From the NCBI RefSeq assembly GCF_016432865.1, contig NC_067398.1:293942001-294006000 (forward strand): a DNA stretch of 64,000 nt, in the 5' to 3' direction. Under the pieces are notes generated by a model. It was not told the origin of the DNA and ran no database searches. It saw nothing but the letters and a program-made list of their open reading frames with translations. This DNA is from Antechinus flavipes (Eukaryota). Positions 11,525-23,610 of this stretch are shown piece after piece. The translations under genes and the position numbers were made by a program. The stretch's first letter is position 1. Each line of letters begins with the position of its first letter.

Positions 11525-12673
11525 CCACTATGTCATACTTGTGGAAGAAACAAGACTGAGAAAGATTGCAAAGAAGGGATGATAGGAACACAGCATTTAT
11601 TTGTTTCCTATAAGATATTTCCAATAATGTTTTAGGAATTCAAGAGAATGACTTATATGGCCAATCCTTCCAGTTGGTTCAATCAAGTGCAGATTAGGGA
11701 GAAGGCTGTCTGTCCTGTGTCAATCTCCACACATATGACTCAACTTTTTTTCTTTCTTAGATTGAACTCTGAGATTAACACCTGGTACCAAGGGGCATTA
11801 GAGAGTCTCAATCCACCACTTAAAACTCTATTTGAAATCACTTTGCAACTTACACATTTTTCAAAGTCTTTCAAAGAAAACTGATCTTAGAAAAATGTAC
11901 AGAGGCAGAGAATCTACAGTCATGAAATGAAGCTACTTAAGTAAATGTTTTTGAAACATTTAAATTTCTGGATAATTTTCAACTTTTTGTTTTATTTTAT
12001 TTTTTGTGTTGTTTTCTTGGGATTTCTGGCAAAAACAGAAATCATTGTTATTTACATTCACTCAGAGTCATCAAAATCCAAACAATGACCAGATAAGGCT
12101 TGGTGTAGGATCATCACTGACCAGAGAGCCAGAGTGATTTGGGTTTAAGATAGAAATACTTTGCTAGATTTTAACAATCAAAATTTATATACTTCTAGGC
12201 AGAGCAACCATAGGTAAGGGTATGATTTATTATGTGGATGGAGGGAAAGGATAGAAGAAAGGAAACTAACAAAGATGAGAGCTAGCTGGGATAGAGTAAC
12301 AAAGGCACGGGGTGGGTTTGGGAGAAACTTGTGAGGAGGGGAAGGATCATTATCAAGGGGGAGGAACATTATGAAGCTAAAGTTGAAAGACTCCAGGGAC
12401 TGACATAAATGTCAGCACCATGGAACAAAGCTTCTGTAACTACACCTTAATTTATGATTCCAAGGAGGTTCACTACCCCAGCCACATCTTAGAGTTTAGC
12501 CTTTATGGGTTACTGTGGACATTATGTCATCATGGCCAATGTTCTGAGTATGAACCTCTCCCTAATTAAGAGCTGGTGCTTGGATACTAGACATCGTTTA
12601 TTACCAGGCTTGCAAACAAATCCTCTCTGGGTTGGTAGAACTGATATAAACAGATTTTTCTTTGGGGGGAGAA

Positions 12674-13185
12674 TGATGTGAATTATGTTCCCTTTAACCT
12701 TTGGGGGGGACCAGAAGTAAACTGTGTCCCCTTTGGGGAAACTCTTAAACCTTGAGAAAAGCATACCTTTCTCAGACAACATCCTTAAGTGATCTTATTC
12801 AATTGGAGATCTTGGCCAGGGGCATAATCACCACCTTCTATTGAATTAGACATTAGTCCCTCAAACTGACCCATACTCAGGGGCCTGGGAAAACTCTGAT
12901 AAAGCCTCAGAAGGCTGATACAAGACAACTCTGAACTCCGAATCTTTGCAAAAATCCTAACAAGATTTTGCCCACTGATGAAGATATTTTCTTCTCAGAA
13001 CCCACTTTTGCTATATTCCTAATAGGACCTTACCCACTAAGAAGGCTGTCTTCCTAGCAAGCTATCTTCTTAGTGTAAATAAATTCCCTTTTGACACACA
13101 GACTTTGGATTTGCAAATTCTTTCACAAGGGACCTGTGGTACCGATCAGAAGGAATCTCTTACCCTCAATTCTTGTACCCCATCA
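12674..13185 (+). mobile_element. Solo LTR, related to 10972-11524
   Basis: tgatgtg...ccccatca termini; shared blocks with the reverse complement of the first LTR ('tcattcaattggagat', 'ggcataat', 'ccactaagaa', 'accctcaattct'); 'taaataaa' poly(A)-like signal. Confidence 0.8.
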
Positions 13186-13429
13186 GAACCTGTAAGAGCT
13201 TCTGCTTTGGTGGCCTAACCTTTGAAATCCCTGGACCACCTTCACATCAGGAAGAGGCAACAAAGTGGAACTTCTGAAGACAATAGAATATTTGGCTATA
13301 AAATACTGATTTAGTACCATTTGGATATATGTATTCTTGGAGGCCCAGCATTTCCCAGAATTGTGTTCTTAGGCAAGCCTTTCATTGCCAATGCTATTCA
13401 CAAGCTCTGTAGCAGGGTTCTATAGTGAA

Positions 13430-13630
13430 TAGATATCTAGGTGTAAAGCTAAGAAAACTTGGGATCAAAATCCTTCTCTCCTACTTAGTAGGTGTATGAT
13501 CTTAGAAAAGTCAATGGATCTCACTGAGCCTCACTGATTTTATAAAATGAGAATAAAAATCTCCCTATAGCAAACATCTCATAATGTTGTTGTAAAGCTT
13601 GTGAGAAAATGTGCATAAAGTAAACTAACT
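13430..13630 (+). mobile_element. MIR SINE
   Basis: Degenerate core and tail 'ctcactgagcctca...tataaaatgagaataa...tgtaaagcttgtgaga'. Confidence 0.6.
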
Positions 13631-15014
13631 ACTTTTAAGTACCCTATACATATAAATGATGAATATAATAAATTCTTATCACCAAAATCCATATTTCCGG
13701 AAATATATTTCCTTTCCTTTTTTGTCTTCAACTCCCTTTTTTTCAGAATTAGAATGAACTTGGAGAAACTTGGGCAAATGCCAGACAAAGATATTAGAGG
13801 AATATACACATTTTCTCTCCCATGTATTTTACCTACCTGTCAAATAGTCACTCAGCTTGGGATATCACCTGCAGGTTCCCATAAGTCTTCTATATTCTTT
13901 TCTTGACTGCTTTCTGAAGCTTCCATTACATAGTCTAGCATAAGAACCCACCAGAGTAGGATTGATTTGGAATTAGTGTAAAATGAGACTTACAATTTTC
14001 AGATACAAGCAAATTTATGATTTTGTTTTGATTAACTATGCAAAACTTTACAAGGATTATATTTTTCTTTATTTTTCCCAGTGGAGGATGTTGTCCTTCC
14101 CTAAAAATGAAGAAAAGGAAAGAAAAAAGAAAATCACTGAAACATTTTGAAAAGAATAAATACATTAAAAAAACAATAAAGAATAGAATTCTAGAAGGAA
14201 ACAAAAGGTAGGTTTTTTTTTTTGTTTTTGGTTTTTTTTTAAGGATGTTGAATTTGTTATGGTACTTAAAAAGCAAATCATCCATATAAAAATTCACCAT
14301 TTCCTGTATAATTCCAGTTTTCTATTCTACCTTGTATATCAACATGCTCATTTTATTTGGTGTTTGTTAGGTCAGAAATTTTAAAAAAAATTTTTTTTAA
14401 GTTGCTAGTTCTATCCAATGATGGGCAGCTAGGACAAATTACTTCTCTGCCAATTTCAGTTTCTCTCCTGGTAATAAAAGAATGGTCATTTTCATTTCAA
14501 ATGCTTTATCAACAACTTAAGAAATAACCAAGCTATCTGCACAATATTTGATCTTTCATCTATTTTTATTAATCAAACAAATATTTATTGAATGTCTGCT
14601 GTGTGCAAATCTCTGCTCCTATTCCTGCTTCTAATTCAGTTGCAAAAATGACCAAAGGACAAGGAAAACTGTGATAATTATCTCACAAAGATATTAGTCT
14701 ATAGCCAGGAGTATTAAGAGTGGCCAAAACAATATTAGAGCCCACTTGTCCAATATTTGCCCAACTGGCTGTGTAATATCAAGCAAGTAAAGTTTCTACT
14801 TTGGGCTTCACTTTTCTTGTCTCTCAAATAAATAGATTAGCTAAAATCCATCTTTAAATTATAAGGATGTCTTAGCTTCCAGATTAGGGAGTTCTTTTAA
14901 TTATCTCATCATCCTACTTGCTATACTGAAGTGTGGGATTTGGGGCACCAGATGAAGTTCCAATACATGAAGTTCACATTTGGATATCTCTTCATAGTTG
15001 TAGAAAGTAGAAAG

Positions 15015-15629
15015 CTGTAGAAAGTTATTGTGATGACAGAGAAAATCAAGACACAAATCCACAAGAAAACAATGAAATCAAAACAACTACATGCAAAGCT
15101 TCAAAGAAAAATATGTTTGGTCACAGGCCTCTAAAAATGAATTTCTGGAAGAGCTCCAAAGAGATTTTAAAAATCAAATTAGAGAGGTAGAAGAAAAATT
15201 GAGAAAGAAATGGATGATATAAGAAAATCACAAAAAGAGTTAAAAATGTGATAAAAGAGGCACACAAATCTACTGAAGAGAACTCTTTAAAAAGTTATAA
15301 TTGGCCAAAGAAAAAAAGAGATACAAAAATTCATGGAAGAAAAAAACTCCTTAAAAAGTAGAATTGGTGTGTAACCCTGGGCAAGTCATTTAACCCCAAT
15401 TGCCTCAGTGAAAAAAAAAATAGAATTGCCCAAATGGAAAAAGACATACAAAAGCTCATTGAAGAAAATAATTTTTTAATAATTAGAATTGGACAAGTGA
15501 AAGCTGAAACTTTGTGAGACAAAAAGAAACAAACAAATTAAAATAATGAAAAAAGAGAAAATGTGAAATATCTCATTGTAAAATCAACTGACCTGGAAAA
15601 TAGATTGAGAAGAGATAATTTTGAGTTAT
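15015..15629 (+). mobile_element. L1 ORF1 fragment (degraded)
   Basis: A-rich coiled-coil coding remnant 'gaaaaagacatacaaaagctcattgaagaaaat...agaattggacaagtgaaagct...ctggaaaatagattgagaagagataatt', homologous to 43030-43560. Confidence 0.85.
15368..15420 (+). mobile_element. 5'-truncated WSINE1-type SINE inserted in L1 ORF1
   Basis: 'tgtgtaaccctgggcaagtcatttaaccccaattgcctcag'+A-tail; TSD-like 'agaattg' on both sides. Confidence 0.8.
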
Positions 15630-15912
15630 TGTGACTAAAAATGTCCCTCACCATGTGATCCACCTAGTAATGTTAGTCCTTCTAAACTCAGGCAGGTCCC
15701 TTGAAAACAAATATACCAGACATCATGGAGCCATTGTAGTGAATTCCTACTCTGATGTTTCATCATAGTGTGGTGGTTTCAGAATCTGAAAGTTCTCCCC
15801 ACAAGGTACAAATGTTGGCAGATTCCCCTTAACTGAAAATACTCCAAGGATGAGCCTAAAAAGTATTAAAGGTATATGCGGAGCTCACGGACCTCCCTAA
15901 ATCGGCGTTACT
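15630..15912. mobile_element. LTR-like segment (tentative)
   Basis: Starts 'tgtgact', ends 'ggcgttact' (degenerate TG..CA), retains several CpGs, truncates the L1 ORF1. Confidence 0.3.
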
Positions 15913-16099
15913 ATTTAGCTGCCAGATAATCTGTGAGTCTGAAGCTTCTCCAAAACATACATAAGTTTCTTCTGATCTATTTTACCAGTGTCTGTAAGCC
16001 ACAGAACAAATTTAGTTGATAACACTTTAATTAAGTGGAAATGTAAATAAAGTAACCATGGAACATTTCCTTTGTACAGTCTCCCACAAGCATATGATG

Positions 16100-16410
16100 G
16101 GGTCATAGAAGCATAGATTTAGAGTAAGATGAGACCTTCACTCAACCCCTTTATCTAATGATGAGGAAACTAAGGTCCAGAGATAAAAAATAACTTGACC
16201 AAGATTACTTAAGTAGGTAGAAAACTCAAATTGCAATTATGAAATATGGCGGAAGATATATTGATTGTAGAGTCAATAGACTTGAATTCAAGTCCAATCT
16301 CTGAGGATTATCATTGGTATGTCTTAAGGTAGATTCTTCAGCCTCCCCTGAGTTTCATTTTACTCATTTTTAAAGCCAGATTTCCTTCCAGATTTAGATC
16401 TCTGTTTCTA
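16100..16410. mobile_element. Two adjacent MIR fragments in opposite orientation
   Basis: 'gatgaggaaactaaggtccagaga' (-) followed by 'gacttgaattcaagtcc...gagtttcattttactc' (+). Confidence 0.6.
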
Positions 16411-17109
16411 TGAATAGAAGGCATGGTCTACAGGCATTTAAGTGGACAAATTTCCATATAAAGACAGATATAGGATAGCATTTTTATAATCATATCAACT
16501 CTGTATTACAAATATTCACACAGTGATTGGTCATTTAATAAATGTTTATTGACTTGATGTGTCTGTGTCCTCTGGATGCTGCAATCACCAAAAACCTCAT
16601 TTTGAAACTAGTGCAGAGAAGCAGCAAAACTTTTAGAAGAAAGTTCTACCTGGTGTTTTGGAAAAATCAGTTATAGGCTACATATGAAATAGTAAAGATC
16701 CAGGAAATCATAAAGTAAGCACAGCTGTGATCTATAAAGTCCTCTCCCCATCCCACCCCCTCCCCCATTCCAAGACAAATCTTAAAACAGTCAAACTTTT
16801 ATTACCGGGCTGTTTACTTTAAAAGCTGATGCTGCTTGACTCCTTCACTCCTTGCCATTCCTCTAGTTTCCTTAGTCTTTCATGATACATACAACACATA
16901 AGCCTAGCTTATATGGAATTATTCCCAGTGACATTACTGTTTTGAGCCGGGATGATGTAGAAGAGAAGTCACCTTTATGGAAGATAATTTTGGCAGACAT
17001 ACACACACAATTATAGATAGGTACACTTTATATAATAGCTCTTTAAAATTAAACTTTTCTCTTTATTGTGAAATTAATAGTCAAGGTAATAAATATTAAG
17101 ATACAAAAT

Positions 17110-17830
17110 GACTACATTACAAGATAATAAATTACTAAGTATCTGTTATGTTCAAGACACCACAGTAGACAATGGGGATACAAAGATAAAGATGATATAG
17201 TACCTGCTCTCAAGGAGCTTATGTTCTACTGGGAGTGGGACAGTTAAAGATATAATACATTCCATAAAAAGTACTTTCAAGGTCATTTGAGGACACAGTA
17301 TAGGATAGCAAGCAGAGAAATGAGGGAAGGGTTACAGGAGGTAGTACCAGAACTGAGACGGAGAGTAAGTTAAGAAGGGGAGGAGGGAGTACATTACAAG
17401 CATGAAGAGAACAGCCTGTGCAAAGATGGAAGATGGAAAGCAGAGTTCAGGGAATAGCAAGTCAGATGGTTTGGCTGGCACATAGTGTGCAGAAAGTAGT
17501 GTAGAAAAAATGTCTGGAAAAGTTGGTGGGAATCAAATTGTAGAAGTTACAAGACAAAGACTTTATGTTTTATCTTAGAGACAACAAGGAAGCATTAAAG
17601 ATCGAGATGGGGAGTGACATAGTAAGACTGTACCTCTTGAAGATTATTTTAGCAGGCCTGGGAGGGATAGATTAAAGAAAGGTAAAAATGGAAATGAGAG
17701 ACCAATTAAGAAGTTATTATAATGGTTCAGGCACAAGATGATAAGGTCCTGAATCAGAGTAGCAGCCTAATGAATGGAAATGAAAGAAGAGATGCAGGAG
17801 GTGTACTGGTAAATTTATTAAGACTTGCTA
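17110..17830 (-). mobile_element. L2 LINE 3' region
   Basis: 'ggggatacaaagataaag...cctgctctcaaggagcttatgttctactggg' and 'gggagtgacatagt...gaagattattttagcag...gaccaattaagaagttatt'. Confidence 0.85.
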
Positions 17831-19059
17831 TTTGGGGAAAGCTACATAATCCAGTGGATAGAGCAATGAATCAAGAGGACCTTAGTTCAACTCCTGCCTT
17901 ACTAGCTATGTGATGTTGATTAAATCATTTAACTATTTGCCTCAAAAAAAGCTGACATTTGATTTTTTTTTTTTAAGGGGGAAGAGTGATGTCAAAGTTG
18001 CAAACCTAGATAATTTGTGCTTTTTATCAAAATAGAAAAGATTGTTTTAGAGAAAAAGGTAATGAGTTTTTTTTTTTTTAAACTCATATTGAGTTTGCAG
18101 GGAGGATACCCTCAAGGAGATGTATCCAGGTTACCTGATTCTGTTCAGTAAAAAAGACCAAAGTAAAATCAGTAACATATTCAAGAATACTCATCTCCAC
18201 TCAGGGGATGGTTTCCAAGTTCCATCTGGCTCTCAGAAAAGGAGCTACCTTTCTCTTCCCTAGTTTTCCCTCTTTTCCCTTATTCCAAAGATTTAGGGCA
18301 TGTTTATTATTTAATCAGATTTTTTTTTATGGTTCTACACCTATCACACCAGAAAAACTATGCCCTTCTTTCTGTCTTCACTATACCTCTATGGAATTCA
18401 ATTAATAAACATGTGACATAAATTTAATTAATAAACATATGACAAAAATGACATCAATTCATTCATAATAACAGGAAAAGGTATTAAATTGTACACATTA
18501 AAGCACAGAACCTATGGTACTTTGGAAGACAAAGATACTCAATGGTGAGGCCTAGATTCAGACCTCTCCTGCTGCTTCAGTGAGGGAAAAGGGCTTAGCC
18601 AATCATGGATGCTGAAAATCATTGGCTGACTTTTACTGTCGCTGTTTTTTCATTTGCTTTCAGCTCCAGTCCTGATAAACTGGACATTGGAAGACCTGGC
18701 TAGCTCCTGCTGCCACTGCTAAATCTGTTCCCTTAGTTCCTGGCCCCACTTTGTTCTGGTCCTACTTCCCATCTCTGAGACTGCTGTGTAAAGAATGGCA
18801 TCTCACTGTTAAAAGACATCACAGTACAGGAGGAGGAAGAAGCAAGACAGCTTCCTCACCATAGTCATTCTGTCCTTCTTGCCTCTGACATTTCTCTTTG
18901 AAAAGCCTTGCATACCAGCCTGTGTTCCATTTTATTTTCTCCAAGACCTATCCCAACTGTTTATACTTTGACTTTTTCTAGAATCTTGATTCTAAAGCTT
19001 TCTGTGGGAGACTGATAAATGTGCTTTCTGTCAAGGTCACCATCAACCATCTATATAAT

Positions 19060-19290
19060 TGTTTTCCAGTCATTTCAGTTGTACTTGAATCTTTTTGACA
19101 TCATTTGGGGTTTTCCTGGCAAGGACACTGGAGTAGTTTATCATTTCCTTCTCCAGCTCATATATGGGAAACTGAGGCAAACAGGATTGACTTGCCCAGG
19201 GTCACACAACAAATGTGAGGTCAGATTTGAATTCAGAAAATCTCCTGACTCCAGGCCCAGCACTCTGTCCACTATGCCCCCTAGCTGCTC
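19060..19290 (-). mobile_element. MAR1-type SINE
   Basis: 'tttggggttttcctggcaaggacactggagtagttt...gggaaactgaggcaaac...cttgcccagggtcacac'. Confidence 0.85.
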
Positions 19291-19309
19291 ATCTATGTCT
19301 ATCTACATA

Positions 19310-19580
19310 GACACAATAACTAAAACCCTTGAAATGGAAAAGATAACTGAGTCTAGAAGAAGGGAAAAGTGGGGCCCATATAGAGCTTTTGTGGAATTCT
19401 TGTTTTCAGTGAATGTAAGATAGAGGATGGTCAAGCAAAAAACTGAGGAAATGTCAGCAGATAGAAGGAAAAGCTGGGCAGATCCATGTTATGAAATCTA
19501 AGGGAGAAAAATGCACAGGATAAGAGGGTGGTCAATAATGTCAAAAGATGTAGAATAGTGAAGTAAGAAGAAGATTGAGA
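19310..19580 (-). mobile_element. L2 fragment
   Basis: 'ttatgaaatctaagggagaaaa...gggtggtcaataatgtcaaaagatgtagaatagtgaag'. Confidence 0.65.
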
Positions 19581-20499
19581 AAAGTAGGAAAACTATGAGA
19601 AGCTCTATGTGAAATGCTTATTTGGAGACTAATTCACACTTTAAATTAATCACTGGATTTTGCTATTTAAAGGATTCTTCTCTTGATTTTCTTCCTTAAA
19701 GGGAGGCACGTGTGTATGTGTATGTGTGTGTGTATCTGTGTTTCTGTCTCTGTGTGTTTACCTTCTTCTAAAATGTATGTGATTTGGAGGTAGCCACATA
19801 TTCTGTGGGCTGGCTCCTGAGTTTGTAGAACAGAGTAAAAAAAAAAAAAGTTTGAGAAGTCTACAGACTTCTCAGAGCATTTTGGGATGTTTCTTTGTTT
19901 AAATTATTCATGTAATCCAGGGTACAGAAGGACTGCTTATATTTTTGCCTTAGCCTGTTTTTTCCTTCTTTCACCTGAGAAGAGCCAGTTTTATTATTGT
20001 TGGGGGCTTTTAAAAACAACAAATCCATTCTGTGTTTGCAAAAGCCCACAAAGAGGCCCTTTTCATTTCTCTGAATTTAAATAATTTACAGAAGGATAGC
20101 TCTCCTGCAGGCAGGAAGGAAAAAATGCAACTCCATCCACAGAGAATCAAGCCCTGAACATTGCCCATGAGTCTGTACTTCCCATCAAGATCTGGCCAAA
20201 GAACACTATTAAAATCATCCACTGATTTATTCATTCCACAAGCAGCTCACTGAAATAGTCTGGGTTCAGTGTCAGGCAGAGGTTTGGGAAATAAATTAAT
20301 TCAAATCCACTCTCAACCCCCTGTCCCTCACCAGCCTATTCTTTGTTCTGCTAGCCATCTTTTTACAATAAAAATTTTCATTTGTCCCCTAGTAATTTTC
20401 TCTTGTAGGCCAGAAATCCACACCAGGAAATTCATGAGGGAGGAGGAGGAAGGCAGGGGGCAGGTAAGGAAAAGGAGTGAGAGATGGAAGGGGGGAAGG

Positions 20500-20830
20500 G
20501 GAAGGGAAGAGTTTCAGCTGCTGAGCTGCTTTCATATACAAAGCCAAGCCTGATAAACACTGCTCTTTCATAGTAAATATTGGCTAGAAGTACTTCTGCG
20601 TAAAGGAAAAAGAAGATCTCTTTAAGGCTTTGAAAGGTGAGCGGCAGATGAAAGCACCCAAAATTGAGGTTGCTGGACTGGAATGCCACTAACTCAGATG
20701 GAAAACCCATTTTTCTTTAAAAACCAAATATAGGCATAAACAAAAACAAGCTATGGCCATGTTTTAAGGGCTCCAGTCAGGGCTGGAGCAAACATCAGGA
20801 ACCAATTATGGCACTCTGCCCCCTTGTTTA
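20500..20830. promoter_or_regulatory. Candidate muscle/cardiac-type cis-regulatory module
   Basis: Perfect CArG CCAATTATGG (20802-11), CArG-like ccaaatatagg (~20724), MCAT TGGAATGC (20679-86), GATA TGATAA (~20552), E-box CAGCTG (~20516), FOX-like GTAAATA/TGTTTAT; lies in a ~1.8-kb stretch with no recognisable TE. Confidence 0.4.
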
Positions 20831-20993
20831 TCTTAAAGAATACCAAGCTTGCTTTCTTCAGAGCACACCAGCCCAACAGGGATATCTGGGCTGGTGATCT
20901 GCTGTTATATCCTCCAATGAAGTCTCTTTTCTATAGTATAGGAACATTTTGAAAAGAATCAAAGGCTCAGATTTTAATGGACTATGGAAAAGT

Positions 20994-21024
<31 letters not shown>

Positions 21025-21409
21025 CCCTCAACAACTCAATAACAATAAAAACCCAAGCCTTAATTTGAGTAGTGGTTTCTCTTTTGCCCAAAGAAAGACA
21101 GATGAAGGAGCTGGTGACACAGTTGGTTAATAGCCCTGCTCATTCGTATATGAATCACAGCTTCCAACTGTTGTCAATGGTTCTGGTTTTCATTTATTTA
21201 AACTTTTCACCTCCCCCCAAGTTTCTAATGGAATATATTCCTCATGGTCTGTTTTTGGTTTGTGCACATTGTTCAGTTTTTTAGAGGATGGAGAGCAGGA
21301 GTAAGTGCCCAATGGTGAAATGTGGAATTTAAAAAGAATTCTAATGCTTTCAGCCACTGTGGGCAGTGAGCACACTATTGGTTACAACCAGTATCCCAGA
21401 AAGCACTAA

Positions 21410-21600
21410 AGCAACTTTGTACAAACAAGACACAGATAGCATAAATTGGAAGTAGTCTCAGAAAGAAGACACAAGCATTTAAAGGAATCTAGAAAAGTTT
21501 CTTGCAGAAGCTAGCATGTTAGCTCATACCTGAAGGAAATCAGGGAAGCAAGCAGATGAAGATGAAAAAAAAGTAAAATTCCAAGTATGGAGAACATCCA
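21410..21600 (-). mobile_element. L2 fragment
   Basis: 'gaaaagtttcttgcagaagctagcatgttagctcatacctgaaggaaatcaggga'. Confidence 0.5.
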
Positions 21601-23139
21601 GTTTGGGGTGACATGACTGGTCATCTGACTCTTGAATTGTTCAAGATTTTAGCCAGAAGGACAGGATTTGAATGCTGGTTCTCACCTTGATTAGCCTTGT
21701 GGCTTTGGACAAATACATTCCCTCACCTGGAAATAGTAATAAGCAATGGAATAACCACCATCTACAATTGTTGGAAGAGAAAAATAACCTTGTAAAACTA
21801 CCAGATACTATGTAAAATCAATTGTTATTGTAATTTCTTATTAATTGGACACAGAGAAAGGTTCTGAGCTGGTGCTGCTATATTACATATACCATTTAAC
21901 CTCTAGTCCTAATAGACTAGATCAGCATCCAAGTTTTTTTCAGAAGTAAGGCACATCTACTGTAAGTCTGCCAATCTGCCACATTCTTTTGGCAACCTTG
22001 AAGCCTTTGTTTTCTGTTAAGTCGCAACCTTTACAGTGAAATTCAGTCCAGGTGTCCTGGCATTGATACATAGACACATTTATGTGCCCATTGCTATTAC
22101 ACATAAATCCATACTCTGCCCAAGCCTTTCAACTCAACTTTTTTCCCTACACTCATTCACACCATGCTACAGCTGATAAAGCTATAAACCACAGAATAGC
22201 AAAATAGGAGCAAGTGGGTGGAAAGTAATAACACATATGGTTGAATTTCTTCTGTTTCATTTTGTTCTCACCACAGTCCTTTTCCCATGGGCCATTTTGA
22301 CTCTAGCATGAAATGTCCCAATGTTATTTCCTAAGTGTCATTGGTATGTTGGAAAGGGGACATGAATTCAGCAAAGGTCTTTGAATAAGGAAGAATTGGG
22401 TTCAAATGTTGCTTTTGATATAGGTTAAGTATGTGACCAGGTGAAAGTCACTTAAACTTTAAATAATCTAGTCTGTTCTCTAACACTATTGCCAAACTGC
22501 ATTGGTGGAGAGATTTTCCACATTGGGAGTTCTTCATAGTAAGCAAATAAAAAATCAACACACCACTTCTCAACCCCAAATAGATAGCAAATGAGAGACA
22601 AAATAGTGCCACACTGAATTTGTTTAGAAGCAAATAGCTTTGGATTTGTTAGTTATGTTATGTAAATGGTCAAATTCAAACCAAGTAAAATTCTTCTCCC
22701 TAATCAGATTAGAGGAAACTCCTGGATTCTAATATCTCTTTCTCTCTGAATGAAAGACAGATGAGTCATCTTAATGTTATAGGCCCTTCAAGGTTATTTA
22801 TTTATTTATATTCTCTGAACCCTAATTTGAATTCTCCATGGAAAATATGAAGTGTCTTCTTCACAAAATCTTCAATGAATTTATTAATTTCTTACAGGCA
22901 TACAAAAAGATTTATGACATCATGTGAAAGAATAATTCAGGGTCCTAAGGGAAGCCTATGAAGAAGTTGCAAATTACTTCAACTATGGAGAATAGATTTC
23001 CTCCTTTAGAGAAAAGGACTAAGAACATTTTGAGATATGAAGAACTATGGCTGACAAAATCATGGACCCCAGATTTGGAATTAACAAAGACTCAAAAAAT
23101 CCCTATTTTTCCTATTTTTAAGTGGGAAACAGAGAAAGA

Positions 23140-23610
23140 AACAAAGAAAGGCAGAGACAGAGACAGACCAAAAGAAGGACAGAGACAGAAAGGGAGGGAA
23201 AGAGACAGAGACAGAGATAGAGAGACAGAGACACAGACACTGAAACAGAGACATAGAAACACAGAGACACAGAGACAGAAACAGAGAGAATGAGACAGAA
23301 AAACAGAGACAGAGACAGAAACAGAGAGACAGAGCCACAGAGACAAAAAGAATGAGACAGAAAGTCAGAGACAGACAGATATAGAGTGGGGGAAGGAGGG
23401 AGGGGAGGCGGGGAAAGGGAGAGAGTAGAACAGGGAGAGAAAAATTGACACAGACAGAGAGAGACAGAAACAGAGAAGGGGGAAGGAAGAGGGAGGGAGC
23501 AGAATAGGGAGAGAAAGAAGGAGGGAAAGGCAGAGAGAGAAACAGGGAAGGAGAGAACAAGACAGAAAGACAGATAAATAGACAGAGATAGAAACAGAAA
23601 CAAAGAGAAA
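23140..23610. repeat. Compound purine-rich simple repeat (GAGACA/GAGACAGAAACA) with G-rich core
   Basis: Directly visible; source of several spurious Ser/Leu/Val/Cys-rich ORFs. Confidence 0.95.

Noticed and set aside
13935-14300. 121-aa minus-strand ORF
   Set aside because: Low-complexity F/K-rich translation of poly-A/T tracts, probably an old L1 tail.
19019-19423. 134-aa ORF
   Set aside because: Spans an antisense MAR1 SINE and an L2 fragment.
20409-20463. Candidate 55-nt exon (cttgtag| ... CAG|gtaagg)
   Set aside because: Good splice sites, but the body is a GGA low-complexity tract, the peptides are unrecognisable and it does not extend the other candidates' frame.
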